Positions 1 to 9,748 of a stretch of 64,000 nucleotides of DNA are shown one piece after another. This DNA is from a virus. The DNA lies in the IMG/VR virus record IMGVR_UViG_3300042988_000931, positions 7,470 through 71,469 of that record. One strand, written 5' to 3'. Numbering within the stretch: position 1 is the first letter of the stretch; every line of letters begins with the position of its first letter. A program made the position numbers and the translations under genes. The notes beneath the pieces were generated by a model, which did no database searches, was not told the origin of the DNA, and worked only from the letters and a program-made list of their open reading frames with translations.

Positions 1-645
1 GCGCAGTTCGGTCTTGAGCAGACGAATAGCAACCGGCTCCAGCGCCGGCGGGATGACAAGCTTGCGCCCACGGGCGAAGATTTTCAAACCAGCCATATCG
101 CGGAAGTTCTGGCGGATGCTAACCATCGCATTGAGCAGGGAGGTCTCATTGAGCCCCTGTTCAGTGGACGGCTTGTTGGCGATGGTCGTCCCGTCGATGG
201 GATGGTCCGTCGCGCACAGCGCCTTGCCGTCACCACCAATATTCGCATTGTAGGTCGTTGCGGTATTGAGGATGCTGGCGGCGTAGATTTCCTTGGTCTG
301 AGCGAAGGACTCGTTCAGGCCAAGATTGGTCGGGTTGAATTGGGTCTTGTAGAGGTTATCGTCGATTGCCTTGCGGGTAATCGCGTATCCAAGACCCACC
401 TCGATGTGTTCCTGATTGTAAACGAAGCGCTCACCAGCGTCGTTCTGGAACTGCGTCGCGCCACCCTCAGTCTTGAGGTTGGCGAGGCCGAGGTATTTCA
501 TGTCAGCGGTGCGTTCCAACGCCATGCTGGACTTGGTCTTTTTAAAGACCTTGTCCCACTGGGTGGGAATCATCGCATATTTGCCTTCGACTCCACGGAG
601 ACCGGGAAGCAGAAGGTCTTTGATTTGGGCTAGATTAACAGCCAT
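1..645 (-). CDS. Major capsid protein (Mu gpT-like family), 3' end truncated by window edge
   Basis: Absent from the ORF track. Manual translation from ATG at 645 gives MAVNLAQIKDLLLPGLRGVEGKY...GYAITRKAIDDNLY...GDGKALCATDHP...KLVIPPALEPVAIRLL. RBS GAAGGGA upstream; lies downstream of the scaffold gene. Confidence 0.88.
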   Translation of the reverse strand, partial: MAVNLAQIKDLLLPGLRGVEGKYAMIPTQWDKVFKKTKSSMALERTADMKYLGLANLKTEGGATQFQNDAGERFVYNQEHIEVGLGYAITRKAIDDNLYKTQFNPTNLGLNESFAQTKEIYAASILNTATTYNANIGGDGKALCATDHPIDGTTIANKPSTEQGLNETSLLNAMVSIRQNFRDMAGLKIFARGRKLVIPPALEPVAIRLLKTELR

Positions 646-660
646 TGGTCAAATCCCTTC

Positions 661-1290
661 TTAGCTGATGCCGGTACGCGGGGAGCCAGCAAGCCACTGG
701 TCGTTGAAGCCAACGATGAGGTGGTTGTAGCTAGCGGTTTGGTCGGTGCCCGGACCACCCGGCGGGAAAGTCACCATGTCGTGGATGATGAATTCGCCAG
801 AGGTGCCAACCGTCTCGACATAGGCCCCGGAGAGACCCGTCGCAGTCGACGGCGTACCGATGTTGAACGTCACGGCGCGGCCCTGATAGCCCTGAGTGAT
901 GAGGCTATTCGTTCCGCTAATCGTGATGGAAGCGCCAGCCTGCACGACAAATCGCGCCTGCGGGTCAGTGACGACATACGCCTCAACGTCATAAGCGGTG
1001 TCAGTGCCCGGCCAATAGTTGGACCAGACAGTACGCTTCTGCACAGTCGAGAGGTATTTGCAGCCGACGAAGATGCCGGCAAGCGAGTTGTTGTAGCTGC
1101 CGGGGACATCTCCGGGAGCCGCGATTTTGATGTAACCGGTAGGCGTGTTGACTGCCCATTCAACGGGGTCGCCGGTATAGACCGCCGACGCGTTGTAGGG
1201 AAGACGAAGTGTCGACAGTCCGAAGGTCGGCGAAGATGCATTGCTGACGCCGATTCTCCGGAAGCCGAACGGCGCGTTAGTATTCGCCAT
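661..1290 (-). CDS. Head-associated structural protein (possible decoration/cement)
   Basis: 209 aa, beta-rich, N-terminus MANTNAPFGFR, directly upstream of the capsid gene. Confidence 0.65.
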   Translation of the reverse strand: MANTNAPFGFRRIGVSNASSPTFGLSTLRLPYNASAVYTGDPVEWAVNTPTGYIKIAAPGDVPGSYNNSLAGIFVGCKYLSTVQKRTVWSNYWPGTDTAYDVEAYVVTDPQARFVVQAGASITISGTNSLITQGYQGRAVTFNIGTPSTATGLSGAYVETVGTSGEFIIHDMVTFPPGGPGTDQTASYNHLIVGFNDQWLAGSPRTGIS

Positions 1291-1327
1291 TTCGTGTTTC
1301 CTTAGAAAGATGAAAGCATCGGGCTAA

Positions 1328-1416
1328 CCAGCGCGGCAAGTCTTCAGCTATTGGGGGTGAAACGCAGTCCAGCGCGGACCACGAAAAGGAAGCACCGTCT
1401 CAGCGCGAAACAGTGC
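1328..1416 (-). promoter_or_regulatory. Three tandem hairpins with C-GCGCU-G loops in the leader of the capsid genes
   Basis: Minus strand GCACTGTTTC-gcgct-GAGACGGTGC, CGTGGTCC-gcgct-GGACTGCG and GCC-gcgct-GGT; G-U pairs work only on the minus (mRNA) strand. Confidence 0.6.
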
Positions 1417-1427
1417 GAAGCAGTCGA

Positions 1428-1952
1428 CTACTCCCCGTCAGGGATGGCAATCGGCTGATAGCTCTTGGCGACGCCCTTCTGATTGGGGCCGCCACGCTGG
1501 AATGTGCCGCGAGGGGACATTCCGAGTTGTTCTTCCTTGTTGCGCACCGCGGAGACAGCTTCCCGATACTGGCGGGCCTTTGCCTCTTCCGTCAGTTCTG
1601 CAGGGCGCTCCATCAGGAGCAGACCGTCCTGAACAATCGTCTCGCCAGACCAGTCGTGCGGCATCATCTCGGGATGACGAGATAACGGCACGGCGGTCCA
1701 GCCCTGTCGACGAAGTTCAGCAATCTTGTGCGGGTCTTCCTTGTTCAGGACCGCAACAGCCGCCCATTCGTAGCTCCAGCCATCCGGCGGCTCAGGGGCA
1801 TGCAAGCGGTCGCGATATTCATCAAGCTCCTGCCCAAGACCGCGGATTTCCTTAATCCTGTCCTGAGCACGCTTAAGGCTGGCTCGGCGGTCCATCTCTT
1901 CACGATTGGGCCGACCAGGACCAGCAATCTGGCTACGTTCCATGTCACTCAC
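1428..1952 (-). CDS. Conserved head-module protein of unknown function
   Basis: 174 aa, PPDGWSYEW...GW.AVP...GLLLMERP pattern, between scaffold and capsid genes. Confidence 0.7.
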   Translation of the reverse strand: MSDMERSQIAGPGRPNREEMDRRASLKRAQDRIKEIRGLGQELDEYRDRLHAPEPPDGWSYEWAAVAVLNKEDPHKIAELRRQGWTAVPLSRHPEMMPHDWSGETIVQDGLLLMERPAELTEEAKARQYREAVSAVRNKEEQLGMSPRGTFQRGGPNQKGVAKSYQPIAIPDGE

Positions 1953-2908
1953 GCTGAAATTCTCCCAGCTTTAATCATCGCCGCACGGTCCATCGCATAT
2001 TGCTTCTCGGCTTCCGCAGGCTGAAGGTCGGGGTAGAGATTGCGAGCCATCTCGCGCATCTCGCTATTGAGGGTCATCGTGTTGCCGCGTGAGCCGCCAC
2101 TGCCGCCCCCTCCTGCGACAGGCGCTGCCGGGACTGGCTTGCGACCAGGTTTTGAGGTCTCTTCAGCCACTGGCGCCGCCTTCTTCAGTCCAATCTTCGT
2201 CTCGATGAAGTCGAAATACTCAGGCGTGTCAGGTGCGAGTCCCTCAAGGTCGACTGCAGCATTGTGAGCTACTGCAATGCGCTGTTTCGTCCTTGGGTCA
2301 TTGAAGAGTTCCCTGTGCTGGCTAACCCAATTGCGAGACGTGGCGGTCAGTCTGCTTGCCCACTCATCAATCGGGTCTTCTGTGCGCTGCTGCGGGGTAA
2401 TTTCAGGGCGTTTGGCCGGGGCGTTCTTGGTCGCCTCGATTTGGTCCTCGATAGCGGCCTTGCCATTTTCCAGTTGAAGCAGTCGAGCTTCCATAGACGC
2501 CATATAACGCTGGGCTTTGGCCGCCGTTGCGTGGTCCCCAGCTGCAAGAGCGTCAGAATAGGTCTTCTCGGCACTATTTGCCTCGCTCTCAACCGCTCGA
2601 ATGGCGTTTTGGATGGCCGTTAGCCTTCCATCAGCCGCTTCTGCCGCGGAAGACGTCGCTTGTTCGGCATATTCCCTTGCTTGGCGCTCCGCCTGCTCTC
2701 TCGCAGCCCGTTCCTGGGCAACTGAGCGCTTGTGAGCCTCGATTTGGGCCTTCAGGGCTTCAATTGCAGCCTGCGGGTCCTCTTCCGAGGGCTTTTCAGC
2801 CTCTACAGGAGGGGTTTTTGCCTCTACAACTGGCTTTTCAACCGGTTCAGGGGCCTTTTCTTCCTCGATAGCGATGTCAATCGGCTCGAGTTGGTCTTCG
2901 TCACCCAT
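1949..2908 (-). CDS. Capsid scaffolding protein
   Basis: Acidic coiled-coil protein; start moved to MGDEDQ at 2908 (GGAGG RBS); position upstream of capsid. Confidence 0.7.
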   Translation of the reverse strand: MGDEDQLEPIDIAIEEEKAPEPVEKPVVEAKTPPVEAEKPSEEDPQAAIEALKAQIEAHKRSVAQERAAREQAERQAREYAEQATSSAAEAADGRLTAIQNAIRAVESEANSAEKTYSDALAAGDHATAAKAQRYMASMEARLLQLENGKAAIEDQIEATKNAPAKRPEITPQQRTEDPIDEWASRLTATSRNWVSQHRELFNDPRTKQRIAVAHNAAVDLEGLAPDTPEYFDFIETKIGLKKAAPVAEETSKPGRKPVPAAPVAGGGGSGGSRGNTMTLNSEMREMARNLYPDLQPAEAEKQYAMDRAAMIKAGRISA

Positions 2909-2918
2909 TTTTGCCTCC

Positions 2919-3347
2919 TTACCAAACGCGGTCGGGGTGAGTGACCCGCATCCGGATGGAGACGTCCTTGACGAGGCGGCAAAGAACCGTGTCATCTGCA
3001 GATGAGGACGACCCACGCATGTTATTGAGCGTCAATAACTGCCCGTCGGAGGGACGAACCGCACACCAGTCGCCGACTTTGAGGCGCTCGTTGTCGGAAA
3101 AGGCATAACTATCGTCGTCAACGAAGGCTCTTGGTCCAAGCTTTACGACCAAATGGGCCTTCGATTGAAAACGGTCTTCGTCTCTGGACGTGTCCGGGAG
3201 TATTAGACCGTTCTTTGTCCTCTCCGGACGCTGATAAACGGCGAGCAGAACGTCTGTGCCGAATATTTCAATGTCAGAAAGGTCTCCCAACTTCTCCAGA
3301 AGAGCTTCTCCTGGGTCGATGGTGTGGTCCATTACAGTACTGGGCAT
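2919..3347 (-). CDS. groES: GroES/Cpn10-like co-chaperonin
   Basis: ERTKNGLILPD mobile-loop motif, VVKLGPRAF, LKVGDW. Confidence 0.8.
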   Translation of the reverse strand: MPSTVMDHTIDPGEALLEKLGDLSDIEIFGTDVLLAVYQRPERTKNGLILPDTSRDEDRFQSKAHLVVKLGPRAFVDDDSYAFSDNERLKVGDWCAVRPSDGQLLTLNNMRGSSSSADDTVLCRLVKDVSIRMRVTHPDRVW

Positions 3348-3355
3348 GTAATTCC

Positions 3356-3559
3356 TCAGCGTGAGGGTTTAAAAAAACCCCTGAGCACGTGCTCAAGGGC
3401 TGGATAATCTCTCTTCTCTTCTCGCCATCGGCTCTTCTCAAAGCCACTGGCCCATTGAGTTCTGCATCGGAGGCAAACGACGCGTTCGTCTTCAGTGATG
3501 CGGAAACTCAAACTCGTGCAGTCGCAGGCTTCGAACCCACTAACCTTCTTTCGACCCAT
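3356..3559 (-). CDS. Small Zn-ribbon-like protein
   Basis: CxC...CxxC, 67 aa, coupled to neighbours. Confidence 0.5.
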   Translation of the reverse strand: MGRKKVSGFEACDCTSLSFRITEDERVVCLRCRTQWASGFEKSRWREEKRDYPALEHVLRGFFKPSR

Positions 3560-3761
3560 CTACGCCCATGATTTTGCGCTCGATTTCATCCAGCCAACGC
3601 AGGGCGTCGAGCAGGGCGAGGCGCTGGCCAATGACGTGACGGTAGTCTTCCATGTCCTTCACGCCGCCGCCGCAGAGACGGTCGGAGATGGCCATAAGCC
3701 GCTCATTGATGTTCTTGACCATCTCGCGCTTGAGGAGGCTGTCGAAGCTTGAGAAGCTCAT
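3540..3761 (-). CDS. Small conserved protein preceding GroES-like gene
   Basis: Start at MSFSSF (ATGA overlap); GGVKDMEDYRHVIG motif. Confidence 0.6.
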   Translation of the reverse strand: MSFSSFDSLLKREMVKNINERLMAISDRLCGGGVKDMEDYRHVIGQRLALLDALRWLDEIERKIMGVDGSKEG

Positions 3762-6700
3762 GGGTAACACGCCGCACGATTGAAGTATCCGCCGGCGACA
3801 ACCAGCGCATTGCTGCCCATGGATTCCCAGCAAAGCTGTGCGGGAATTTTGTTAGCCTTCCCGGCCGTATCATTGTTGCCTCCCGTCACATCAGGCCCGA
3901 TTGGAGGCCATGCGACAGAGCCAAACCAAGATGGCTTGGACGTGTAAACGTAGGATTGAATGAGCGTCTGGTCAGGCGGCGTCGCAACCCCACCGAGTTC
4001 GCTTGTGCGCCATACGCCGGGTGTTCCATTCGTCGGAACGCCATCCGTGTAATAGTCGTAGTTACCCCAGCGCATCAGCCTCGCCGCGACCTGCGGGTCA
4101 GGATAGGTTCCGGGTGTAGCATCGGGAGTTTCACGCACTGTGTTACAGTTGCCGATGTTCGGATAGCCAAGTTCATAGATGCCGGTTGTGCCGCACCCTA
4201 CGTCATACACATTCGGATTTTCTTGGCTTGACCCCAGCACGTTGCCGACCATGTTGAAGCGGTAGGCCCATGTCAGCAAGCGGACGGGAGACCCATAGGC
4301 GTTATAGTTGCGGTTCCAACCCGTCCACCAATTGCGGAACGACGTGCCGAGCGCAGAGCCGCCGAAATAATTGTCGACGCCAAACATCTCGGCTACGTTG
4401 CCCTCCCACAGGTCCATCAGACTCATGCCGCCGTGGTCCATATCCATGGTCCAAGTGACCATGCCATCCCCATACTGAGAGACGGAGCCATGGACATAGT
4501 TATAGCCGATATACCAGCCGTTGCAGGCCGAGACACCGTTGCCGAATTCGATGGCTGGAAAGTCCTTGTTGAAGATAGTGTTCTCGACTCTATTGTTCGA
4601 ACCAACCCCGTATTGGCTAGAGGCAACGCAGTTGATGCCGGAATTGTTCGGGCCGTCCGTCGTGTCGTGGAAAAACGAGTCGGCGATTGTCGTGTTCATC
4701 GTGTTGTAGACGTAAACGTGATAACCGTGAAAGTTGCTCGTCTCGACACCCTTTACCCAGCAGCTATCGCAACCGTCGACGAGGACGGCTGTGCCAGCAT
4801 TTACAGTGTTGCTCCCATTAGCCTGACGATTGATTCCGATGTCCTCTACCGCCGCAGCATAGTTAGGGGCTGTCCCGTAATAGTAGTGGATGCGCGCAGT
4901 ATAAGCTGACGTGAAGTCGCTGACCCACGGATTGCGAACCGTTATCGTATAAGGCCCTGTCCCAGAGATGTCCGTAATGCGGTTCATCTGCATCACGTCA
5001 CGGCCATCGTGTATCGGGTTAGAGATGTTCGAGTCGGTGGTTTTGTCGACTTCGATATAGGTTCCGACAGAGAGGTTCGTCGTCGACGCCACGACAATCG
5101 TATTCGTGCCCTTCGTGCCGCCGCTAGTGATGTTCGTATTCAAAGTCCCGCTAACGTAAGCTCCATTCCCGATTCTGACTTGCGCGTCGCCGAGGAAGCG
5201 CGTCAGGTTAGCACCAGCGCCGCGCAGCGTCACATTGCTCGGCACACTGATGCGGCCGGGGTTGCTCCATGTCCCGGCGGCCAGCAGAAGATACGTATTG
5301 GCCGCGCAACCGTTGAGCCTTGATTGGATGGTCGCAGCAGATGTGCCAGCCGCGACCGTTCCGCCAGCGCATTGCGTGCGATTGGTCGGAATACCATTAG
5401 GAACGCCAGAATACTTGGCCCACGCACTCGGCAGGCTGCTGTCACCCGCAATGGACGAGGTATATTTACGGTCAGCCGGTATGGGGTCGGTTAATGCACT
5501 GACTATAGTGATGTTATACGCCACGGATTGCGCGATGCTTGTTCCAGACCCGTTAGCCGCAGTAACGGAGAATGAACCGGACGTAATGCTTGATGGGGTT
5601 GTCCCTGAGACAACACCAGTCGATGAGTTGACGCTCAACCAGGCAGGAAGCCCAGTCGCTGCATAAGTGCAAGAAGGCGTGCAGTTGCTTGCCGTGATTT
5701 GATAGCTAAACGACGAACTCACAACACCAGAGGCGCTCGAAGAAGAGGTAATGACTGGGACGGGGAGCGCCGCCACACTATAGGTAACAGGGAATGCCGC
5801 GCTCTCCCCAGTCGCATTTGACGCGTAGACATTGAACGTCCCGCTGCCGAGTATCGCCGTTCCGTTTGCGGCCATGAGACCGCTAGCGTTTGGCGCACTC
5901 AACCAAGACGGATAACCTGTGGCGCGATAGCTTGTAAGAGGGGCATTAGACGCCGTAATCTGGTAGGATAGAGACTGGCCAACAGTCCCGCTCAGCGTGC
6001 TGCTTGACGTGACGGTCGGTGGCGTCTGGACAGCCTGGAAAACAACGTCGACGTAATAGTTCTCGTTGTTGTATATCGACTGCGGATATGGGTATCCAGT
6101 TTCAAAATTGTAAACATAGCGGCCAGCGCTAATCGGGGCCGTCAAAGGACCAGATGTTTTAGACGAATTGAACCCGCCAGAATCAGACGAATAATGACCA
6201 TTCCTCGTGTTATACGAAATGGTGTATGTCTGACCAGACGTTACATTGATGGGTGAAGCAAAGTTCTGCTGCTGCCAGCCGGAGGCTGTCTCCCCCGCGA
6301 ACGTGACCTGTCCGAGATTTGTGCCCGTCGGCCCCCACAACGTTCCGGTATGCGTTCCAGTATTGGTTGACGCCTTATAGAAGCGGACCGCGGTGACCTG
6401 ACCAGACTGGGACGGTGTGAACCGCATGCCAAGTTCTATGCCGTTCGTTATTCCGCTTGTCCCGTCGTTTTGGTCTGCCAAAGACGGGACCGTATCCGAA
6501 GCGAAGATGCTATACGAGGTGACGGCGGGGGGATTTGTCACAACGAACTGAAGCGTTCCGCCTGCGCCCTCGCCTGATATGTTCGATGCATAGACAACGG
6601 AGTTCGTCGTGCCAGCGCTGTTGATAGTTCCCGTTACAAGACCGCTGGAACTCATGGACGCGCCTGATGGCAGGCTAGTCGCCCTGAAGCTCGTTGGGCT

Positions 6701-8692
6701 GTTCGTCGCCGTCACTTGGTAGGGCGTAATCGCAACGCCCCTAACCGCATTCACAACCTGCGGGTTTGGAGAGATGGCTGGCTTGGCGGGGTTGACCGTA
6801 ATGGCCAATGACCCCGTTCCAGAGCCGGAGGCGTTTGTCGCCGTGATGGTCGAATTGATGGGACCCGCATAGGTCGGCGTGCCTGTGATGGCGCCGTTCG
6901 TCGTGTTGATGTCCAGGCCCGTGCCCGTCAGGTTGGTCGCCTCAAAGCTCGTGACTGGATTGGTCGTCAAAACCTGATAGTTGAACGCCGTGCCAACAGT
7001 CGCCGTCGCCGTCTGGTTTGCCGTGACAATAGGCGGGCAGCCCGTGAGCGTGACAGTCAGGTTCTTCGTGTCAGACCCGAATTGGTTTGTCGCCGTGACG
7101 CTGCCCGTGGTCGCACCATTCGTGCAGGGGGCAGACAAGGCGCTGGCGGAGGTGATTAGGCCAGTCGGGCTAATGGAAAGACCAGCCGGAAGTCCGCTAA
7201 TGGTGTAGCTGGTCGACGTATTGGTCGTCGTAACCTGGAAGGAGAAGGAACTGTTATACGCCCAGGAAGCAGTCGTGGCCGACGTGATGACAGGAGCGCT
7301 AGATGCCAGCGCAATAACAAGGGTCGCGTCTGGGGATGTGCCGCTGGGGTTGGTGGCATTGATGATGACCGACTTGTTGCCGGGAGACGCAGTAGGCGTG
7401 CCACTGATAAGGCCCGTTGTCGTATTTATCCCTAAACCCGGAACGATAATCGCGAGGTTTTGAGCGCTGTAGCTCGTCGGGCTGTTGGTGGCGGTAATCT
7501 GATAGCTGAAGACGTCGCCCTGCTTGGCAGAGGCAGACAGGGACGAGGTGATGACAGGGAGAGAGCTCGAAACAGACAGCGCCAACTGGAATGTCGGGCT
7601 CGTCCCATAGGCGTTCGTCGAGGTCAGATTAACCGTATAGGGGCTGCCTGCAACGTCTCCCTGAACTGGCGTTCCGCTAATCACGCCAGAATTGGTGTCT
7701 AGGTTCAGGCTAGCTGGGAGGCCGGTCTGAGCATAGGTCGCCGGCTCATAAAGGGCCGTGGTCTGATAGCTGAACGCCTGCCCGACCTGTGCGCCTGCAG
7801 TGGAAGCTGAATTAATCAGCGGCGGGCCATGGATGAGCATGGCGAGTGCGGCGGGGGAGCTCGTTCCGTCGGAATTGGTCGCCGTCATAGAGACCGTAAA
7901 TGTCCCCTCAACAGTCGGCGTTCCGGTAATGGCGCCCGTTACTGCATTAAGAACAAGCCCCGTGGGCAGGCCGGTTGCGGCGAAACTGGTCGGAACCCGA
8001 GACGCCGTGATGGTGTAAAGCGGAGAACCAGACGTATATGTCGTGCTCATCACGCCAGATGCCGTGAGCGCAGAACTGATAGTTGGCTTCGGCATCGCCG
8101 GAATGGTTATAACGAGAACCGCAGTCCCCTGCCCGTAGGCATTATTGGCTCCAATCGTAACGTTGAACGTTCCGGAGGCTCTTGGCGTGCCGGTAATCCG
8201 CCCGGTAGACCCAGATACAGTTAGGCCAGTCGGGAGGCCGCTCGCACTGTAGCTCGTTGGGCTGCCCGTCGCCTGGATTGAATATGAAAATGGGACATTC
8301 AAGTTAGCGCTAGCGATTAATGCCGACGTGATGACGGGTTTGACATTAGTCCCTAGCGGAACGATTGTGAAAACAACAGTTTGACTTCTACAGCCATTGT
8401 CATTCCCTGCACAAACAGCAACCCTGTTTGTGTCGGCGCGCGTTGGCGTGCCGGATATTACGCCGGTCTCTTCATTAATGACCATCCCCGGCGGCAGCCC
8501 AATAGCTGAAAAATTGTTGGGGACGTTTGTCGCCGTGATGGTGTAGGTCAGCGCCGTCCCGACCGTCCCAGACACTGTAAGCGGCGAGGATAAGACTGGG
8601 ACGGGGTTGGGGTCTGGGAAGCACTCATAGCCCACGCCTGCCATGGCCACAGTGGCCAGTAGCACCAGAATGCCTACAAGCGCTTTTCTCAT
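3758..8692 (-). CDS. 1644-aa protein: signal peptide, many putative-Ig (He_PIG) repeats, DUF4082-like domain, C-terminal beta-helix-like domain
   Basis: MRKALVGILVLLATVAMAG; repeats like FSYQITATNSPTSYSA.GLP.GL.IN..TG.ISGTP; IELGMRF..SQSGQVTAVRFYK...ETASGWQ (DUF4082 pattern); Asn/Gly-rich C-terminus. Confidence 0.8.
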   Translation of the reverse strand: MRKALVGILVLLATVAMAGVGYECFPDPNPVPVLSSPLTVSGTVGTALTYTITATNVPNNFSAIGLPPGMVINEETGVISGTPTRADTNRVAVCAGNDNGCRSQTVVFTIVPLGTNVKPVITSALIASANLNVPFSYSIQATGSPTSYSASGLPTGLTVSGSTGRITGTPRASGTFNVTIGANNAYGQGTAVLVITIPAMPKPTISSALTASGVMSTTYTSGSPLYTITASRVPTSFAATGLPTGLVLNAVTGAITGTPTVEGTFTVSMTATNSDGTSSPAALAMLIHGPPLINSASTAGAQVGQAFSYQTTALYEPATYAQTGLPASLNLDTNSGVISGTPVQGDVAGSPYTVNLTSTNAYGTSPTFQLALSVSSSLPVITSSLSASAKQGDVFSYQITATNSPTSYSAQNLAIIVPGLGINTTTGLISGTPTASPGNKSVIINATNPSGTSPDATLVIALASSAPVITSATTASWAYNSSFSFQVTTTNTSTSYTISGLPAGLSISPTGLITSASALSAPCTNGATTGSVTATNQFGSDTKNLTVTLTGCPPIVTANQTATATVGTAFNYQVLTTNPVTSFEATNLTGTGLDINTTNGAITGTPTYAGPINSTITATNASGSGTGSLAITVNPAKPAISPNPQVVNAVRGVAITPYQVTATNSPTSFRATSLPSGASMSSSGLVTGTINSAGTTNSVVYASNISGEGAGGTLQFVVTNPPAVTSYSIFASDTVPSLADQNDGTSGITNGIELGMRFTPSQSGQVTAVRFYKASTNTGTHTGTLWGPTGTNLGQVTFAGETASGWQQQNFASPINVTSGQTYTISYNTRNGHYSSDSGGFNSSKTSGPLTAPISAGRYVYNFETGYPYPQSIYNNENYYVDVVFQAVQTPPTVTSSSTLSGTVGQSLSYQITASNAPLTSYRATGYPSWLSAPNASGLMAANGTAILGSGTFNVYASNATGESAAFPVTYSVAALPVPVITSSSSASGVVSSSFSYQITASNCTPSCTYAATGLPAWLSVNSSTGVVSGTTPSSITSGSFSVTAANGSGTSIAQSVAYNITIVSALTDPIPADRKYTSSIAGDSSLPSAWAKYSGVPNGIPTNRTQCAGGTVAAGTSAATIQSRLNGCAANTYLLLAAGTWSNPGRISVPSNVTLRGAGANLTRFLGDAQVRIGNGAYVSGTLNTNITSGGTKGTNTIVVASTTNLSVGTYIEVDKTTDSNISNPIHDGRDVMQMNRITDISGTGPYTITVRNPWVSDFTSAYTARIHYYYGTAPNYAAAVEDIGINRQANGSNTVNAGTAVLVDGCDSCWVKGVETSNFHGYHVYVYNTMNTTIADSFFHDTTDGPNNSGINCVASSQYGVGSNNRVENTIFNKDFPAIEFGNGVSACNGWYIGYNYVHGSVSQYGDGMVTWTMDMDHGGMSLMDLWEGNVAEMFGVDNYFGGSALGTSFRNWWTGWNRNYNAYGSPVRLLTWAYRFNMVGNVLGSSQENPNVYDVGCGTTGIYELGYPNIGNCNTVRETPDATPGTYPDPQVAARLMRWGNYDYYTDGVPTNGTPGVWRTSELGGVATPPDQTLIQSYVYTSKPSWFGSVAWPPIGPDVTGGNNDTAGKANKIPAQLCWESMGSNALVVAGGYFNRAACYP

Positions 8693-8703
8693 CCGGGCTG
8701 TCC

Positions 8704-9345
8704 TTACTTCTTTTGCAGTTCGATTTTCTTAACCCGGCCACCAGACGCCCTCATCATGGGCGGACGCATGGGGGGCATGGGAGCGCCACCGGGAGGCATG
8801 CCGGGAGGTCCTGCCATCGGAGGCGGCGGGACAGGAATGGGAACAGCGGCGGGAGGGGGCGGCTCTGCGCCGGGGCCGGGCTGGGCTGCTCCGGGAGCGG
8901 GAGAGCCGATGACAATGTTCACAGTGGTCTTGCCCTTGCCAGTCCTGCCGCCAGAAGCCCGCTTGGCGCGGCCACCGGAGCACATGCCCTCGCCCTCGTC
9001 ATGCTCCTCATCGGCGGGGCTCTTCTCCCACTCCTTGAGGGACATGCCAGCTTTCTTGGCTAGAGCGCGGTCCTCACGCATGTCCTTGGCGCTGCCTTCG
9101 GTAATGCGGCCACCGGACTTGCGGGGAGCCCTGTCGAGTCGGGTGTTGATTTTCCCGCCGCGGGCCATCGTATCCGTTGGGATGCGCTGGGTGTCCTTGG
9201 TCTGGACGTCGCTGGTCAGGGTATCGTCGCCATAGAAGCTCTTGCCGTTGGCGATGCCGGTGCTTTCGCCCCGATATGAGGCCAACTTAGCGGCGTGAGA
9301 CGCCTTGGCTTGTGATTTGTTCGGATGCGCCATGTTAGTTCCCAT
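8704..9345 (-). CDS. Basic, Pro-rich low-complexity protein with five xxxGG motifs (probable internal head protein)
   Basis: MARGGKI, RKSGGRI, MCSGGRA, RASGGRT, RASGGRV; start may be 9333. Confidence 0.65.
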   Translation of the reverse strand: MGTNMAHPNKSQAKASHAAKLASYRGESTGIANGKSFYGDDTLTSDVQTKDTQRIPTDTMARGGKINTRLDRAPRKSGGRITEGSAKDMREDRALAKKAGMSLKEWEKSPADEEHDEGEGMCSGGRAKRASGGRTGKGKTTVNIVIGSPAPGAAQPGPGAEPPPPAAVPIPVPPPPMAGPPGMPPGGAPMPPMRPPMMRASGGRVKKIELQKK

Positions 9346-9748
9346 TGGTTTAAGAGCCGACGGCAGCGCGCCCGGCTATTTCACAGATTTTTCGTGTGGA
9401 TTACAACTTTTACGCGCCGAATCACTCCAAAACTCGCGTTCTGGTTGTATTTTCGACACGTAATGTTATCAAAGGCTTACGGATTGACCTAATCCCACAG
9501 TTTTTTTGCGTGAATTAGTTCAAAGGCCAGTCTGGATTTGGTCAATCATTATTTTTGACCATTATCACGCTGTTTTTGCTCCGTTTTCGATGGTAACGGA
9601 GCCGTAGATTTCAAAAGATGTGCTATGGCTAGCCATAATAACGGTGGGCGGGTGGGATGAAACCCATCCTGATACATGCTGAACTGCCCCAGCACCCAAG
9701 GCATTCGGTATGAGAGACTGCTAACAAGCCCCCAACCACTCAGAACAC

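Noticed and set aside
9640-9748. tRNA or hammerhead ribozyme
   Set aside because: No cloverleaf or TTCGA T-loop, and no complete CUGAUGA/GAAA core could be arranged by eye.
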